64,000 nucleotides of DNA from an uncultured Actinomycetota bacterium (GTDB lineage Bacteria > Actinomycetota > Actinomycetes > Mycobacteriales > CADCTP01): assembly GCA_963766325.1 (NCBI GenBank), contig CAVXZF010000013.1, forward strand, positions 71,653 to 135,652, read 5' to 3'. Below the pieces are notes generated by a model. It did no database searches. It was not told where the DNA came from and saw only the letters and a program-made list of their open reading frames with translations. A program made the translations under genes and the position numbers. Below are positions 54,301 through 64,000 of the stretch, piece after piece (position 1 is the stretch's first letter; every line of letters starts with the position of its first letter).

Positions 54301-57300
54301 GCCCGTAGGAGAACGTCCACGGCAGCTGCCCGGGCGGCGTCATGCTGGTGACCCGCCCGGCGGTGTCGTAGCCGTAACCAACCTTCAGCGCCGGGCTGGT
54401 CCGGGGATCCCACACCTCCCGCAGCCGCCCGGAGGCGTCGTAGGCGTAGCTGACCACCGTGGTCGCCGTCGAGGCCGCGGCGCCAGGCGTGGTCGCCCAC
54501 ACCTGGATCGCCGACACCTGCCCGGCGTAGTCACCGAGCGTGCCGCCGGTCGCGGTGGTCGCCGACGCGTAGACGAACTCCAGCACCCGGCAGCCCCGGG
54601 TGGTCGGGTCGGCCTGGCACGCCGCCACCGTCACCGCCGAGGTCGGGGCGATGATCCGCCTGGGCCGGGCCCTCGTCTCGGTGCCGACCACGACCGCCTC
54701 GGACACCGTGGTGGTGGTCGAGTTGGTCAACCCGTCCAGCAGCGAGGACGTGACCGACCAGGTGGCCGCGGCCGGCGCGACTTTGCCGAAAGTGGTGACG
54801 GTGCCGCCGGTGTCAGACAGCGTAAAGCTGCCGGCGAAGGTGCCGGTCAGGGTGAGGTCCTCGGCGCCCGGCTCGGGCACCCACCCGCCGCCGGCCTTGG
54901 CGGTGAAGTGGATCGCCTCGTCCTCGGCGTCCACCACGTCCAGCGACGTGGCCGAGGTCTGGCGGATGAAGGCGTAGTCGGACTCGGTGTCCTCGGCCTC
55001 GATCCCGGACACCCACTGCGGGCCGAAGATCGCGACCTGCCCGGCCTGCGGCGGCGCCGGCGGCGGGCGCCCGGGACGACGCGGTGCGGGTGATCGACAT
55101 CCCGAACATCGACGCCTCGGTCCCCGAGATGGTGTAGTCGCCGGTCAGCAGGTTCACCGACCCCGGGCCGACCTCGTCGGTGGCGGCGCCGTCGGCGTTG
55201 CGGTCCACAACCACGGTGACCGGATCGGTCGCACCGGTCCCACCCGGGCCGGTGAAGTCGGCCCGGATCTGCACGGTCCCGTCGGGGTTGACGGTGTCGG
55301 TGGCGGTCCAGGCCAGCGGCGCGTTCTTCCCCGCGGTCATGGGCACCGGCCAGGCGGTCAGCGGGGCGCCGCCGCTGGTGACATGCGCCGGCGGGATCGC
55401 CGTCCAGGTGTCGGTCTCCGCCCGCCGCCAGGAGAACGACACGGCGTCGTACTTGGTGCCGTCGGCCTCCGCAGCCAGCGAGACCCGGCGGGCGGTGCGC
55501 TGCCCGTCAGCCGGGGAGTCGAACCCACCCGGCCCGGCGTGGAACACGTACGACACCGGGTCCGACCGGTTGTCCGCCTTGTCCACCGCCCGCACCTGCA
55601 ACGTCTGCGTCCCGTTGCGCGGCGGCGTCACCGAGAACGTCTTCGCCGTCGACGCGCCACCGGTGGCGACCTTCGTCCACTGGGTACCGTCCAACGACCA
55701 CTCGACCCACTGATGGTCACCGCCGGCCGGCGGCGTGACCGTGAAGCTCCCGGCCTGCCCGGCGCCCTTCACCCACGCATTGGTCGGATAATCCGTGGAG
55801 GACAGACCGGTCGGCGCCGACGGGTGGACGGTGTCGACCACGAACGTCACCGGCCCCGCCGACGTGGTCTCCCAGTGCGTCCCGTCGTAACAGACGACCT
55901 TGAAGGTGTAGGTCCTGCCATGCACCAGCACCCCCGCCGGCACCGTCGCCGACGCGACCTGCCCGGCCGGCACGTACGCCGAGTTCACCGACGCCACCTG
56001 CGTCGTCCCGTCGAACACCAGGAACGTCGCCCGCACCGCGTCGTTGTTCGCATCCCCCGTCGTCGCCCGCAGCGTCGGCGTCGCCGTGTCCACGTAATAC
56101 GCCCCGCCGGTGGCGAAGAACGGCGGCCCCGCCTGCAGGTTCGTCGAGTCCAGCGGCCGGTAGTTGTAGGTCACCGTCAGCTTCGGCGCGTACGCCGCGG
56201 AGTGATTCGCCGAGGTGAACCGCTTGTAGTACGTCGCGTCCGTCTCCGACGACGCCCGCAACCCCATCCCCGTCGTCGCCGCCCCCGCCGACGCCCACTG
56301 CCCCACCATCGCCGTCACATCCGCCGTCACCCAACCCGCCGCCGTCGCGCACGAACCACCCTTCGACGCCGTCGAGGTCACCACCGCCGGATCGGAATAC
56401 CACGCCGGCTGCGACGTCCACCGCGTCGAGATCGACGCCAGCCCCGTCGACCACACCTGCCACCCCCGCGAACACGCGCCCGACGCCAGGTTCCACAGCT
56501 GCACCGTCGCCGAGGACACCAGCGCACCCGCGATCGGCGCCGTCCGCCAATTCACGAAACTCCGGTTGACCACCGCATTGTTCGCCGACGCGCCGATCCG
56601 CAGCTCCGTCGCCGCGGACAGATCCGGGGTGTAAAGCTCCTGCACCCACGTGTCGAACATATTGGTCAACGTCGCCGTCGACGGATCCACCGTCACCGGA
56701 TACACCGTCGCCGGATCAGCCAGGAACCCCGCATCCGGGACGACCCGCAGCTCCGAGCCGGACAACTCCATCCGCACCGGCACCCGCCGCAGGTGATCCC
56801 CGGTGACCGGGTCGGTCGCCGCGTCCCACATCTCCGCCGCCGGCATCACCGCCACCGCCCGCCCGGTCACCGCATCGACGAACCGGAACCCACCGCCCTT
56901 CTGCGACTCCGCCCGCAACCCCGCCGCCGACAGCGGCAACGTGAACGACATGTCCGTCCCGGCCGCCGGCCGCTGCTTGACGACCAGCAGCTGCTCGAAC
57001 CCGGTCGGCCGCGACTCCACCACCAGAGTCCGAGCCCGGCACCACCTCGGGATACGTGGCCCGCCGGCCATCCAACACCGGCTCCGGCAACCCGCCGCGC
57101 CAGCCCAACCCGATAGACCGGCCGTGAGCCGTCACCGACACCAACGGCCGCGACGCCGCGGACCGCGCCGCCGCCAGCGACGTCGCCCGGACCCCGCCGG
57201 CCTTGCCCAGCCGCAGGTCACCGGGATGCGCCCGCGATGTCACCGACCCGTCCGACCGCCGGGTCAGCGTCTCGTCGATGTCCACCCACTGACCGGCGCG

Positions 57301-57639
57301 CTTGAACCGGATCGGTCCCGCCGAGAGCTCCGACGTCAGCGAGCCGTCCGGGTTCACCCACGTCGAGGACTCCGCCGTCCGCTCCGACAACGCCTCCACC
57401 CGACGCCCCGACAACCGCGCCGCCACCCGCGCCGACGCCACATCCACCGCCTCCGACGCCGCAGCTGGGGCCGGCCCGGCAGCCGGCTGCGGCGCCACAG
57501 GCGCAGCCAACGTCCCGGGAGCAGCCATGGCGCCGGCCACCAACACAGCCGAGACGACCACCGCCACCCGACGCCCCCACCGGGCGGCCCGAACCCGCCC
57601 TCGACGAGGACCAGCCGAACCCACCCAGGCAGCACTCAC
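51392..57639 (-). pseudogene. secreted RHS/YD-repeat protein RHS3, interrupted by two 1-nt frameshifts (or assembly indels)
   Basis: GTG 57639 after GGGAGG, with a signal peptide (RRVAVVVSAVLVAGAMAAPGTLAAP). DNRLRE-like and Ig-like N-terminal domains. YD repeats. Core end MGVRVYNPATGRFLQTDP...DPVNKQDLDGR, then a 121-aa basic tail (51392-51757). The frame changes at about 57027 and about 55048-55075. Confidence 0.8.
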
Positions 57640-58344
57640 CGACGCCTCCCAGCAACCGCAGGACCCAACCCGCCAGTCGCAAAGGCGGCACATCCAGTCC
57701 TAGCACGCACCCAGGCAGCTGGTCACGATCCAAACCTCTCCCCGCTAGAAACCACTCGGACGAGTGGTAGCCGGTCGTAAGGTGCAAAACGAACAGGATG
57801 GCGGTCTCAAGAGCGGAGACTTGACCACGTGGACAGGACCAGATGGCTGTAGGGCGCCTTCCATCCACCACGGCCCCGGTCGTAATCGACAGATGGACCC
57901 GCAGGAGCGCTCGCGACGGCCGAGGCGGCCGACGACGCCCAACAGGCGCTGCTGGCGGCGGGCCGGCGGTTCCTCTGCGGCTGCCAGAGTCGCGCGTCCC
58001 GCGCGCAGCACAGCATGGTCGTGCGGAGCGCAGGCGGCAGAAGAGTGCGTTGCCGCCACGCCGGCCGGCTAGTGACTGAGGCGTTCAAGCACAGTGTGCC
58101 CAGCACTCAGGAGTGTTCCCCAGGCTCGGTGCAAGGCCGGACGCGACCTTGGACCGGGCCGGTCGTGCATCCACAGCGTGTCGACGATGATCAACGATTC
58201 GGTCGGGCTGACGCCGTCCGCGGTCGTCGCCTGGCGCTGTTTACAGATGGGCGACCCGGCGGAACACTGGCCGACCTAGGCGACTGGCTGGGCCAATCGC
58301 ACCGACGCGACGGTCATGGTGCCAGTCGCCACTGGGGGTGCGCC

Positions 58345-58848
58345 GTGTTCGGTAACACCAACACAAGAAGGCTCGGACTGGCCGCGATCGTCGCGGGTGT
58401 GCTTGCCGTGACCGGACAGGCGCCGGCCGCGGCCGAAGGAGCGACCGTCGTGCGGACGGACTTGTCCGCGGCCGCGACCGTGCCGTGCGCGCTCGGCGGG
58501 GTCGGTGAAGAGGTCCTGGTCGGGGGGACCATACATACCGTGGTGCGTCAGAGCACCGATGCCAGCGGGGGGACCCACTTCGTGCTGCGGGCGAACTACG
58601 ACAGCCTCGTGGGGACCGGGCTGACCAGCGGCACCATCTACCACGCCGTTGCGACAGAGGGCACCAGCTCATACAACTTCGATCCGTTCGTCGGGCCTCC
58701 GTACCTGTTCACCCACACCCGGCACGTCCGGTTCGTCGGCCAGGGCCCTGACAACGACTTCAGCATCAGGGAAACCGTGCACGTCACCGTCAACGCCGAG
58801 GGTGAAGTCACGGCCGAGCACATCAGCTTCGAGATCAACTGCGGCTGA
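58345..58848 (+). CDS. small secreted protein, unknown function
   Basis: GTG 58345. Signal peptide RRLGLAAIVAGVLAVTGQAPAAAEG. 167 aa, beta-rich sequence ending ...HISFEINCG. Confidence 0.5.
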   Translation: MFGNTNTRRLGLAAIVAGVLAVTGQAPAAAEGATVVRTDLSAAATVPCALGGVGEEVLVGGTIHTVVRQSTDASGGTHFVLRANYDSLVGTGLTSGTIYHAVATEGTSSYNFDPFVGPPYLFTHTRHVRFVGQGPDNDFSIRETVHVTVNAEGEVTAEHISFEINCG

Positions 58849-59297
58849 CCAGACCCCTACGGACCCGCGACCCCGCCAGCCGAAGCTGATGGGGCCGCGG
58901 CCCGGCGGCTGTCAGCCGGCGGCCGAGCGCCAACCCACAGCGCATCGAGGATGATCCGCGACTCGACCGGGCTAACGGCGAGACCGGCGGGAAGTAGCGC
59001 TCACTGTGTCGAGCAGATCGACCACGGTCGTCGCGACCAGCGGGTCAGTCTACCGGAGAGCGCTCCGGACCATCGTCGCGGCGAGGCTACGCCGGCCGCT
59101 CCGGCTGAGCCGTGTCGGCAGGGCGCATGGGGTGGCCTTGGCGGGCGGAGCTGACCGCGATCGCTGGTGTCCTATGTGGACTTGGTGTCCAGGTGGTTGT
59201 CCATGAACCGGGGTCGGCGCGGGTCGGCAGGGCGGCTGGAGGACGGCCGGGAGCAGCTGGAGTCGCAGGTAGTCGTACTGCGAAGGGGTGAACTTGC

Positions 59298-59341
59298 CTC
59301 TTAATCCGCGGGTTCGGGGTTCGAGTCCCTGGCGGCGCACC
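59298..59341 (+). repeat. att-type direct repeat: 44-nt copy of the tRNA-Lys 3' half
   Basis: CTCTTAATCCGCGGGTTCGGGGTTCGAGTCCCTGGCGGCGCACC is identical to 44371-44414. Confidence 0.9.
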
Positions 59342-59356
59342 CGTCGAGCTGGGCGT

Positions 59357-60805
59357 TTATCGCCCGGCTCTGTCGTTTGTGGACCGTTGGTGTCGCGCGG
59401 GTGTCATCTGGGTGCGGTGCCGCTTCTTGGTTCTCCGGCGACGGGATCGGTTGGGACCTACGGGTTCTGGCCTGGTCGACGGTTCGGTAGCAGCGGACTT
59501 CGGCGGTGGTCCGGCGGTGGGTTCCTTCCGGCGTTTCGGGCCGCGAGCGGCGGCGGCCAGGACGAGCCGGGCGGTGGCGTCGGCGGTCCGGTGGTGCAGG
59601 TCGGTGAGCACACTCGTGTAGGTGTCGGCGGTCAAGACGATACTGGTGTGCCCGAGCTGTTCCTGGATGGTCTTGAGGTCAGCGCCGGCGGAGTGGGCCA
59701 GGCTGGCCGCGCCGTGGCGCAGGTCGTGCAGTCGCACCGGCGGCAGACCGGAGGCTTCGACCAGGCGGCGGAATCGGCGGGTGAGGTAGTCCGGGTGCAG
59801 CGGCTGACCGTCGGTGGTGGTGAACACGTACCCGGTGTCGCTCCAGACCTGCCCGGCCAGTGCTCGTTCCTTCTCCTGCCGACGCCGGTGGGCGCGCAGC
59901 ACGGTGACGGTGACCCGGTCCAGGGCGATGGTGCGGCGGCTGGCAACAGTCTTCGGCGGCCCGACGGTCACGATGCGGCCGTAGGCGAGTCGCTGCTGGT
60001 TGATCGTCAGCGTCCGCTCATCAAGATCCACGTCGACCCAGCACAGCCCGGCCGCTTCACCGCGGCGCAGCCCGCGTAGTGCGATCAGCCACCACATGCC
60101 GTACAGCCGGTCGGTGCCCACGGAGCGGAGGAAGTCTGCGAGCTGGTGCTCGGTCCACACCGCCACCGTGGAGCGCTCGCCACGATCCCGCCATGCCTGC
60201 ACCCGAGCCTTAGTCCAGACCTGGGCCGGCGGTCGCCGCGGTGTCCGCAGCTCAACGCGCCGGGCCGGGTTGTCCCGCAGCAGCCCCTCCCGGATCGCCG
60301 CGTTCAGCGCCGCCCGCAGCGTCGCCCGGATCCGATGCAGCGACGCTGGCGTCAACGGCCGCCCGTAGCGCGCCGGCGCCTCCGACAGGGCAGCGAACAT
60401 CTCCGCCACGTCTCGGCCGGTGAGGTCCGCTAGGCGGATGCCGCCGAGATACGGGATCAGATGCCGCTGCACGTGATCGGCGTACGACCGCGAGGTGGTC
60501 GGCCGCAGGCTCCTCCGTGTAGACAGCCACCACATCAGCCACCGGCCAACCGTCCACGTCTCGGCCGTCGCGTCGGCCGCCGAGCAGGCCAGCAACTCAT
60601 CACGGGCTGTCTCGGCGGCCTGTCGGGACGGGAACCCTCCCCGGCGTACCCGCTCGGTTCCGACCAGCGCGGTCGGCACCGAGCAGTGGAAATACCAGGA
60701 GCCGTGACCCCGCTTGGCTAGCTGCGGGCAGGCGCCTTCGAGGCGACGCCCCGACCTGCGGTCCCGACAGCCACACCGCTTGAACACCACACCGCGCTCC
60801 GGCAT
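59357..60805 (-). CDS. int: tyrosine-type site-specific integrase
   Basis: ATG 60805. N-terminus FKRCGC...CPQLAKRGHGSWYF. Catalytic region RLHDLRHGAAS and LGHTSIVLTADTYTS. Its 3' end lies 15 nt from the att repeat. Confidence 0.9.
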   Translation of the reverse strand: MPERGVVFKRCGCRDRRSGRRLEGACPQLAKRGHGSWYFHCSVPTALVGTERVRRGGFPSRQAAETARDELLACSAADATAETWTVGRWLMWWLSTRRSLRPTTSRSYADHVQRHLIPYLGGIRLADLTGRDVAEMFAALSEAPARYGRPLTPASLHRIRATLRAALNAAIREGLLRDNPARRVELRTPRRPPAQVWTKARVQAWRDRGERSTVAVWTEHQLADFLRSVGTDRLYGMWWLIALRGLRRGEAAGLCWVDVDLDERTLTINQQRLAYGRIVTVGPPKTVASRRTIALDRVTVTVLRAHRRRQEKERALAGQVWSDTGYVFTTTDGQPLHPDYLTRRFRRLVEASGLPPVRLHDLRHGAASLAHSAGADLKTIQEQLGHTSIVLTADTYTSVLTDLHHRTADATARLVLAAAARGPKRRKEPTAGPPPKSAATEPSTRPEPVGPNRSRRRRTKKRHRTQMTPARHQRSTNDRAGR

Positions 60806-61151
60806 CCACGTCCCCGTTCGTCCCAAGGCGTATCCCCGTACCGGGGGCCTACCGACTGTCCCATCCTTGTCTACATTCCGTGAACATGGCGCGGATGACC
60901 CGACAGACCTGGCGGCGGACTCGCGCCGTCATCATCTGGGCCGCCGTCCCGATCCCTCATCTGGACCCGGCCGGGCGACGCGACCCGTCGGGCAGCCATC
61001 TCCGCGACCGCTGCTCCGATTCACCGGGACCGATTCAGTGGGCTGTTCGTAGAGTTGGCGGCTGTGGTGGATTGCGCGCCGGCGCGCTACCGACACTCCT
61101 GCCACCGACGGGTCCGCACAACGGCTGCCCGACCGTCCCGTCCGTCAGCTC

Positions 61152-61505
61152 GTGCTCGAAGTCGCGCTGTCGGGCTCCGCAGGCACCGTCGAGGTGCTGC
61201 TGGCCGACGACCTCGACACCGAGGAGCTGCGCGTCACCGTCGACCTCGGCGGCCCGCTGGAGGTCACGGTGACGGGCCCCGGCGGCGGCCGCCGGACGCA
61301 TCGGATCGAGACGCCGCCCTCGCCCGGGGACACACTCACCGTCTACCGGGACGGTTCGCTGGTCGAGATCTTCCATGCCGGCCGGGCGGCCACCACCCGG
61401 TGGTACGGCGCAACGGCCGGCAGTCCGGTGCTGCGCGTCCTGACCCGGAGCCCGGCCAACTGCCGGGCTACGCTCTCTGGGCGGTACGCCAGCAAGCGTG
61501 GGTAG
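61152..61505 (+). pseudogene. possible GH32-type beta-sandwich C-terminal domain remnant
   Basis: TLTVYRDGSLVEIFHAGRAATTRWY resembles the conserved (L)xVFxDxSxVEVFxxxGxxxxTxRxY segment of GH32 C-terminal domains. No catalytic domain lies upstream. Confidence 0.4.
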
Positions 61506-61690
61506 GGCGCCCGGACACCTGACCGCCGGGGGTCTGTTGCGTCGGTCAACCCTGCAACGGCCAGCTCGACCCTCGGTGCCGTGGCGGCTGACCGCGCTGG
61601 CGACCCCGACGACGACGCCCACTACGTCGCCGAGCTCGGCCCCGGCGACGACCGCCCGGAAACGTCGCCGCGCTGTCGATCGGCGCCGCG

Positions 61691-61762
61691 GCCCGCGTAC
61701 AGCACCGGGCCGGTCATGAACAGCCGCTTGCGGCCCCAGCGGTCACTGGCGCGCTGCAGGCC
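61691..61762 (-). pseudogene. MFS transporter fragment
   Basis: My own translation gives GLQRASDRWGRKRLFMTGPVLYAG, the MFS loop 2-3 motif D-R-x-G-R-K/R. It is bounded by a stop two codons upstream, and the frame is lost downstream. Confidence 0.35.
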
Positions 61763-62034
61763 AGATCAACCCAGCGGTCCGCATAACGGACCTAACCGAC
61801 TGCTAGCCAGACCGTGCCGTCCGCGCTTCGAAGCGCAACTCTTAGTGGCGATGATGGCCCGAGACCTGCCATCCGGGCCGCGCAGGGGCGCTGCGGACGT
61901 GAGCGGCGCCTGATCCACTAGGGCGACGCGGTGAACCGTTAGATGGACTAACAAAGATTGAACTATCTGGTACGTTCATATCGTCCAGGGAAGCCCGGCG
62001 GTGCTCGCCCGACGGTGGGAGGCAGGGGTTCGCA

Positions 62035-64000
62035 TGGCCCAGGACCGCGCGATGACTGAGGATCTCCCCGACGCGCCAGCCGCCCGTCATCACCCGGCGA
62101 TGGCGACCGTCTGCCTCTCGGGAACGCTCGAGGACAAGCTGGCCGCGGTGGCCGCCGCTCGCTTCCGCGGAGTCTCTATATTCGAGAGCGACCTCGTAGC
62201 GTCCGCCTGGTCACCGCACCGGGTACGGCAGGAGTGCGCCCGCCGAGGTCTGTCGATCGACCTCTATCAACCTTTCCGCGACTTCGAAGCGGTCCCGCCC
62301 GACGTGCTCGCCGCCAACCTCCGCCGGGCCGAACGCACCTTCGACGTGCTCGAGCAGCTCGGCGCGACGACCCTGTTGGTCTGTTCATCGGTGTCCCCGG
62401 AAGCGGTCGACGACGACGACCTTGCGGCCGAGCAGTTGCACGAGCTGGCCACGCGCGCACACCGGCGCGGGCTGCGCATCGCCTACGAGGCACTGGCCTG
62501 GGGGCGGTTCGTCAACACCTTCGCGCACGCCTGGCGGATCGTCCGGCGGGCCGGCCACCCCGCTCTCGGCCTGGGCCTCGACAGCTTCCACGTCCTCTCC
62601 CGGGGCGACGACCCGGCCGGGATCAGGGTCGTGCCGGGCGCCAAGGTGTTCCACGTCCAACTGGCCGACGCGCTCCGGATGAACATGGACGTGGTCGAGT
62701 GGAGCGGCCACCACCGGCTGTTCCCCGGACTCGGATCGTTCGACCTCGCCGGCTTCGTCGGCCACGTGCTGACGACGGGCTACGACGGCCCGCTGTCACT
62801 CGAGGTGTTCAACGACGTCTACCGGCAGGCCGACCCCCGGCACGCCGCCATCGACGGCATGCGCTCGCTGCTCGCGCTGCAGGAGGCGGTGGGCACATCG
62901 GCACCGCCGGCCGTTCGCGATCGCCTCCTGCCGGCCGGCCTGCCGCCGGCACCCCGGCTCGGCGGCCACGTCTTCACCGAGCTCGCGGTGGACTCGAGCT
63001 CCGGCCCTGTCGTGGCCCGCTCCCTGACCGCGCTCGGCTTCGCCCACACCGGTCAGCACCGATCCAAGCCGGTGCAGCTGTGGGAGCAGGGCACGGCGCG
63101 GATCCTGCTGAACTTCGCGCCACCCGGCGCGGTTGCCCCGGGGACGGCCGCGATCTGCGCACTGGGCATCGAGAGTGCCGACCCAGCGGGATCGGCTCGC
63201 CGCGCCGAACGCCTGCTCGCCCCGGTGCTGCCGCGTTTGCGCGAACCCGAGGAAGTCGAGCTCATGTCCGTCGCCGCACCCGACGGAACCGCCGTATTCC
63301 TCGTCGGAACCGGCCCCGACAGCGACAGCTGGCTCCAGGATTTCGAGCCGACCGGCAGCACCACACCCGGGGACGGATGGATCACGGGCACGGATCACAT
63401 CTCCCTGACCGACTCGGTCGACGACTTCGACGAGACCACCCTCTTCTACCGAGCGGTGCTCGGCCTGCACGCCGATGAGACCACCGAGATCGCCGCACCG
63501 TTCGGGCTGATCCGCAGCCGCGCCGCCACCGACGTGGCCCGCCTGGTCACGATCGTCCTCAACACCGCACCGCTGCGACGCGGCGACTGGGCGCCCGTGA
63601 TCCCGAGCCCGCAGCACGTCGCCTTCCGCACCGACGACGCGATCGCCAGCGCTCGGGCCATGCGCGCGCTGGGCGCGCCCGTTCTGAAGATCCCCGACAA
63701 CTACTACGTCGACCTGGACGCCCGACTCGACCTGCCGCCGGACTTCCTGGGCGCCCTGCGGGAACACTCGATCCTGTACGACCGGGACGAGACCGGCGCC
63801 TACTTGCACTTCTACACCGAGATGCTCGGCTCCCGGGTCTTCTTCGCCGTCGTCCAACGCATCGGCGGTTACCGTGGGTACGGCGACCCGAGAAGTGCCC
63901 CCGTCCGCATGGCGGCCCACCGCGAGCGCCGGTTGCTCGCGCTCCGGGACGTACCGGCGGCTCGGGAGGACCAGCGGCACGACTATTCGCTGGCCCACCT
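62035..64000 (+). CDS. QsuB/QuiC-like 3-dehydroshikimate dehydratase (sugar-phosphate-isomerase TIM barrel fused to an HPPD/VOC-like domain), 3' end outside the window
   Basis: My own translation shows an open frame from ATG 62035 to the window end, so it is absent from the ORF track. ATVCLSGTLEDKLAAVAAARFRGVSIFESDL; SLEVFND; GTDHISLT...FYRAVLGL; QHVAFRTDD; FFAVVQRIGGYRGYG. Confidence 0.78.

Larger units (their letters stand above)
44415..59341. mobile_element. decayed tRNA-Lys-associated genomic island (about 14.9 kb)
   Basis: The 44-nt tRNA-Lys 3' half (44371-44414) recurs as a direct repeat at 59298-59341. An integrase N-terminal relic lies next to the tRNA. The interior holds a transposase relic, a tRNA fragment, RHS fragments and low-GC patches. 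Confidence 0.55.

Noticed and set aside
27298-57693. Association of the RHS proteins with T6SS, T7SS/LXG/WXG100 or PAAR/VgrG delivery systems
   Set aside because: No such genes or N-terminal domains are visible in the window. All three RHS proteins begin with Sec-type signal peptides instead.
57748-57772. RHS3 leader motif GGCTACCACTCGTCCGAGTGGTTTC as a third copy of the RHS1/RHS2 phased repeat
   Set aside because: It shares only an AGTGG core and a similar distance to the start codon. Here it forms an inverted repeat, not a direct one. The 25-mer RBS element is also absent.
59050-59340. 96-aa minus-strand ORF covering the att repeat
   Set aside because: It runs antisense through the tRNA-derived repeat, with Arg/Pro-rich composition and no start context.
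60827-61150. Search for an excisionase (small HTH ORF) upstream of the integrase
   Set aside because: All frames give only short Arg/Pro/Gly-rich peptides, such as MAARRVASPGRVQMRDRDGG.... None resembles Xis or MerR-like HTH proteins.
62234-63998. ORF-track entries 62234-63478 (+, 414 aa) and 62796-63998 (-, 400 aa)
   Set aside because: They are off-frame or antisense to the open QsuB-like frame starting at 62035. That frame carries clear TIM-barrel and VOC-domain motifs and is missing from the track only because it has no stop in the window.

Overview
This is a high-GC (roughly 70%+) actinomycete chromosomal segment; the taxon cannot be fixed from sequence alone.

**1-27 kb: mostly ordinary genes.**
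- A PLP decarboxylase, a MEDS/anti-sigma-like protein, and an ECF42-type sigma factor with its DGPF partner.
- The SOS mutasome. imuA'-imuB and dnaE2 each sit behind a perfect LexA box in the same promoter layout. dnaE2 carries a frameshift.
- pip, a radical-SAM gene, a TetR/SDR pair, and a Clp_N/HTH pair.
- An ArsR-SRPBCC fusion behind an operator-dense promoter.
- Two tandem dynamin-like GTPases, then PfkB, PhoX, a GH1 beta-glucosidase and an MFS transporter.

**27-40.5 kb: the most unusual block.**
- Two Sec-signal RHS/YD giant proteins (2047 and 1381 aa) flank an XRE-HTH/NB-ARC/TPR STAND NTPase.
- Neither RHS gene has a downstream immunity ORF. Their C-terminal tails match no toxin family I recognise.
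- Both share a paralogous ~150-nt 5' leader. It holds an 8-mer direct repeat at 11-nt spacing and an identical 25-mer over the RBS.

**40.5-44.4 kb:** a GT1 glycosyltransferase, orn, tRNA-His, an L,D-transpeptidase and tRNA-Lys(CUU).

**44.4-59.3 kb: a decayed island.**
- It is bounded by a 44-nt direct repeat of the tRNA-Lys 3' half.
- It holds an integrase N-terminal relic, a transposase relic and a MacB-type ABC transporter.
- It also holds truncated RHS core fragments and a 3' tRNA fragment that looks like tRNA-Thr.
- A third RHS gene here has two frameshifts. It ends in a basic Trp/Arg-rich tail followed by a low-GC candidate immunity gene.

**59.3-64 kb:** an intact tyrosine integrase with no excisionase or cargo, a stretch of gene fragments, and a QsuB-like dehydroshikimate dehydratase that runs off the window.

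All family calls come from motifs read by eye. No database search was run.
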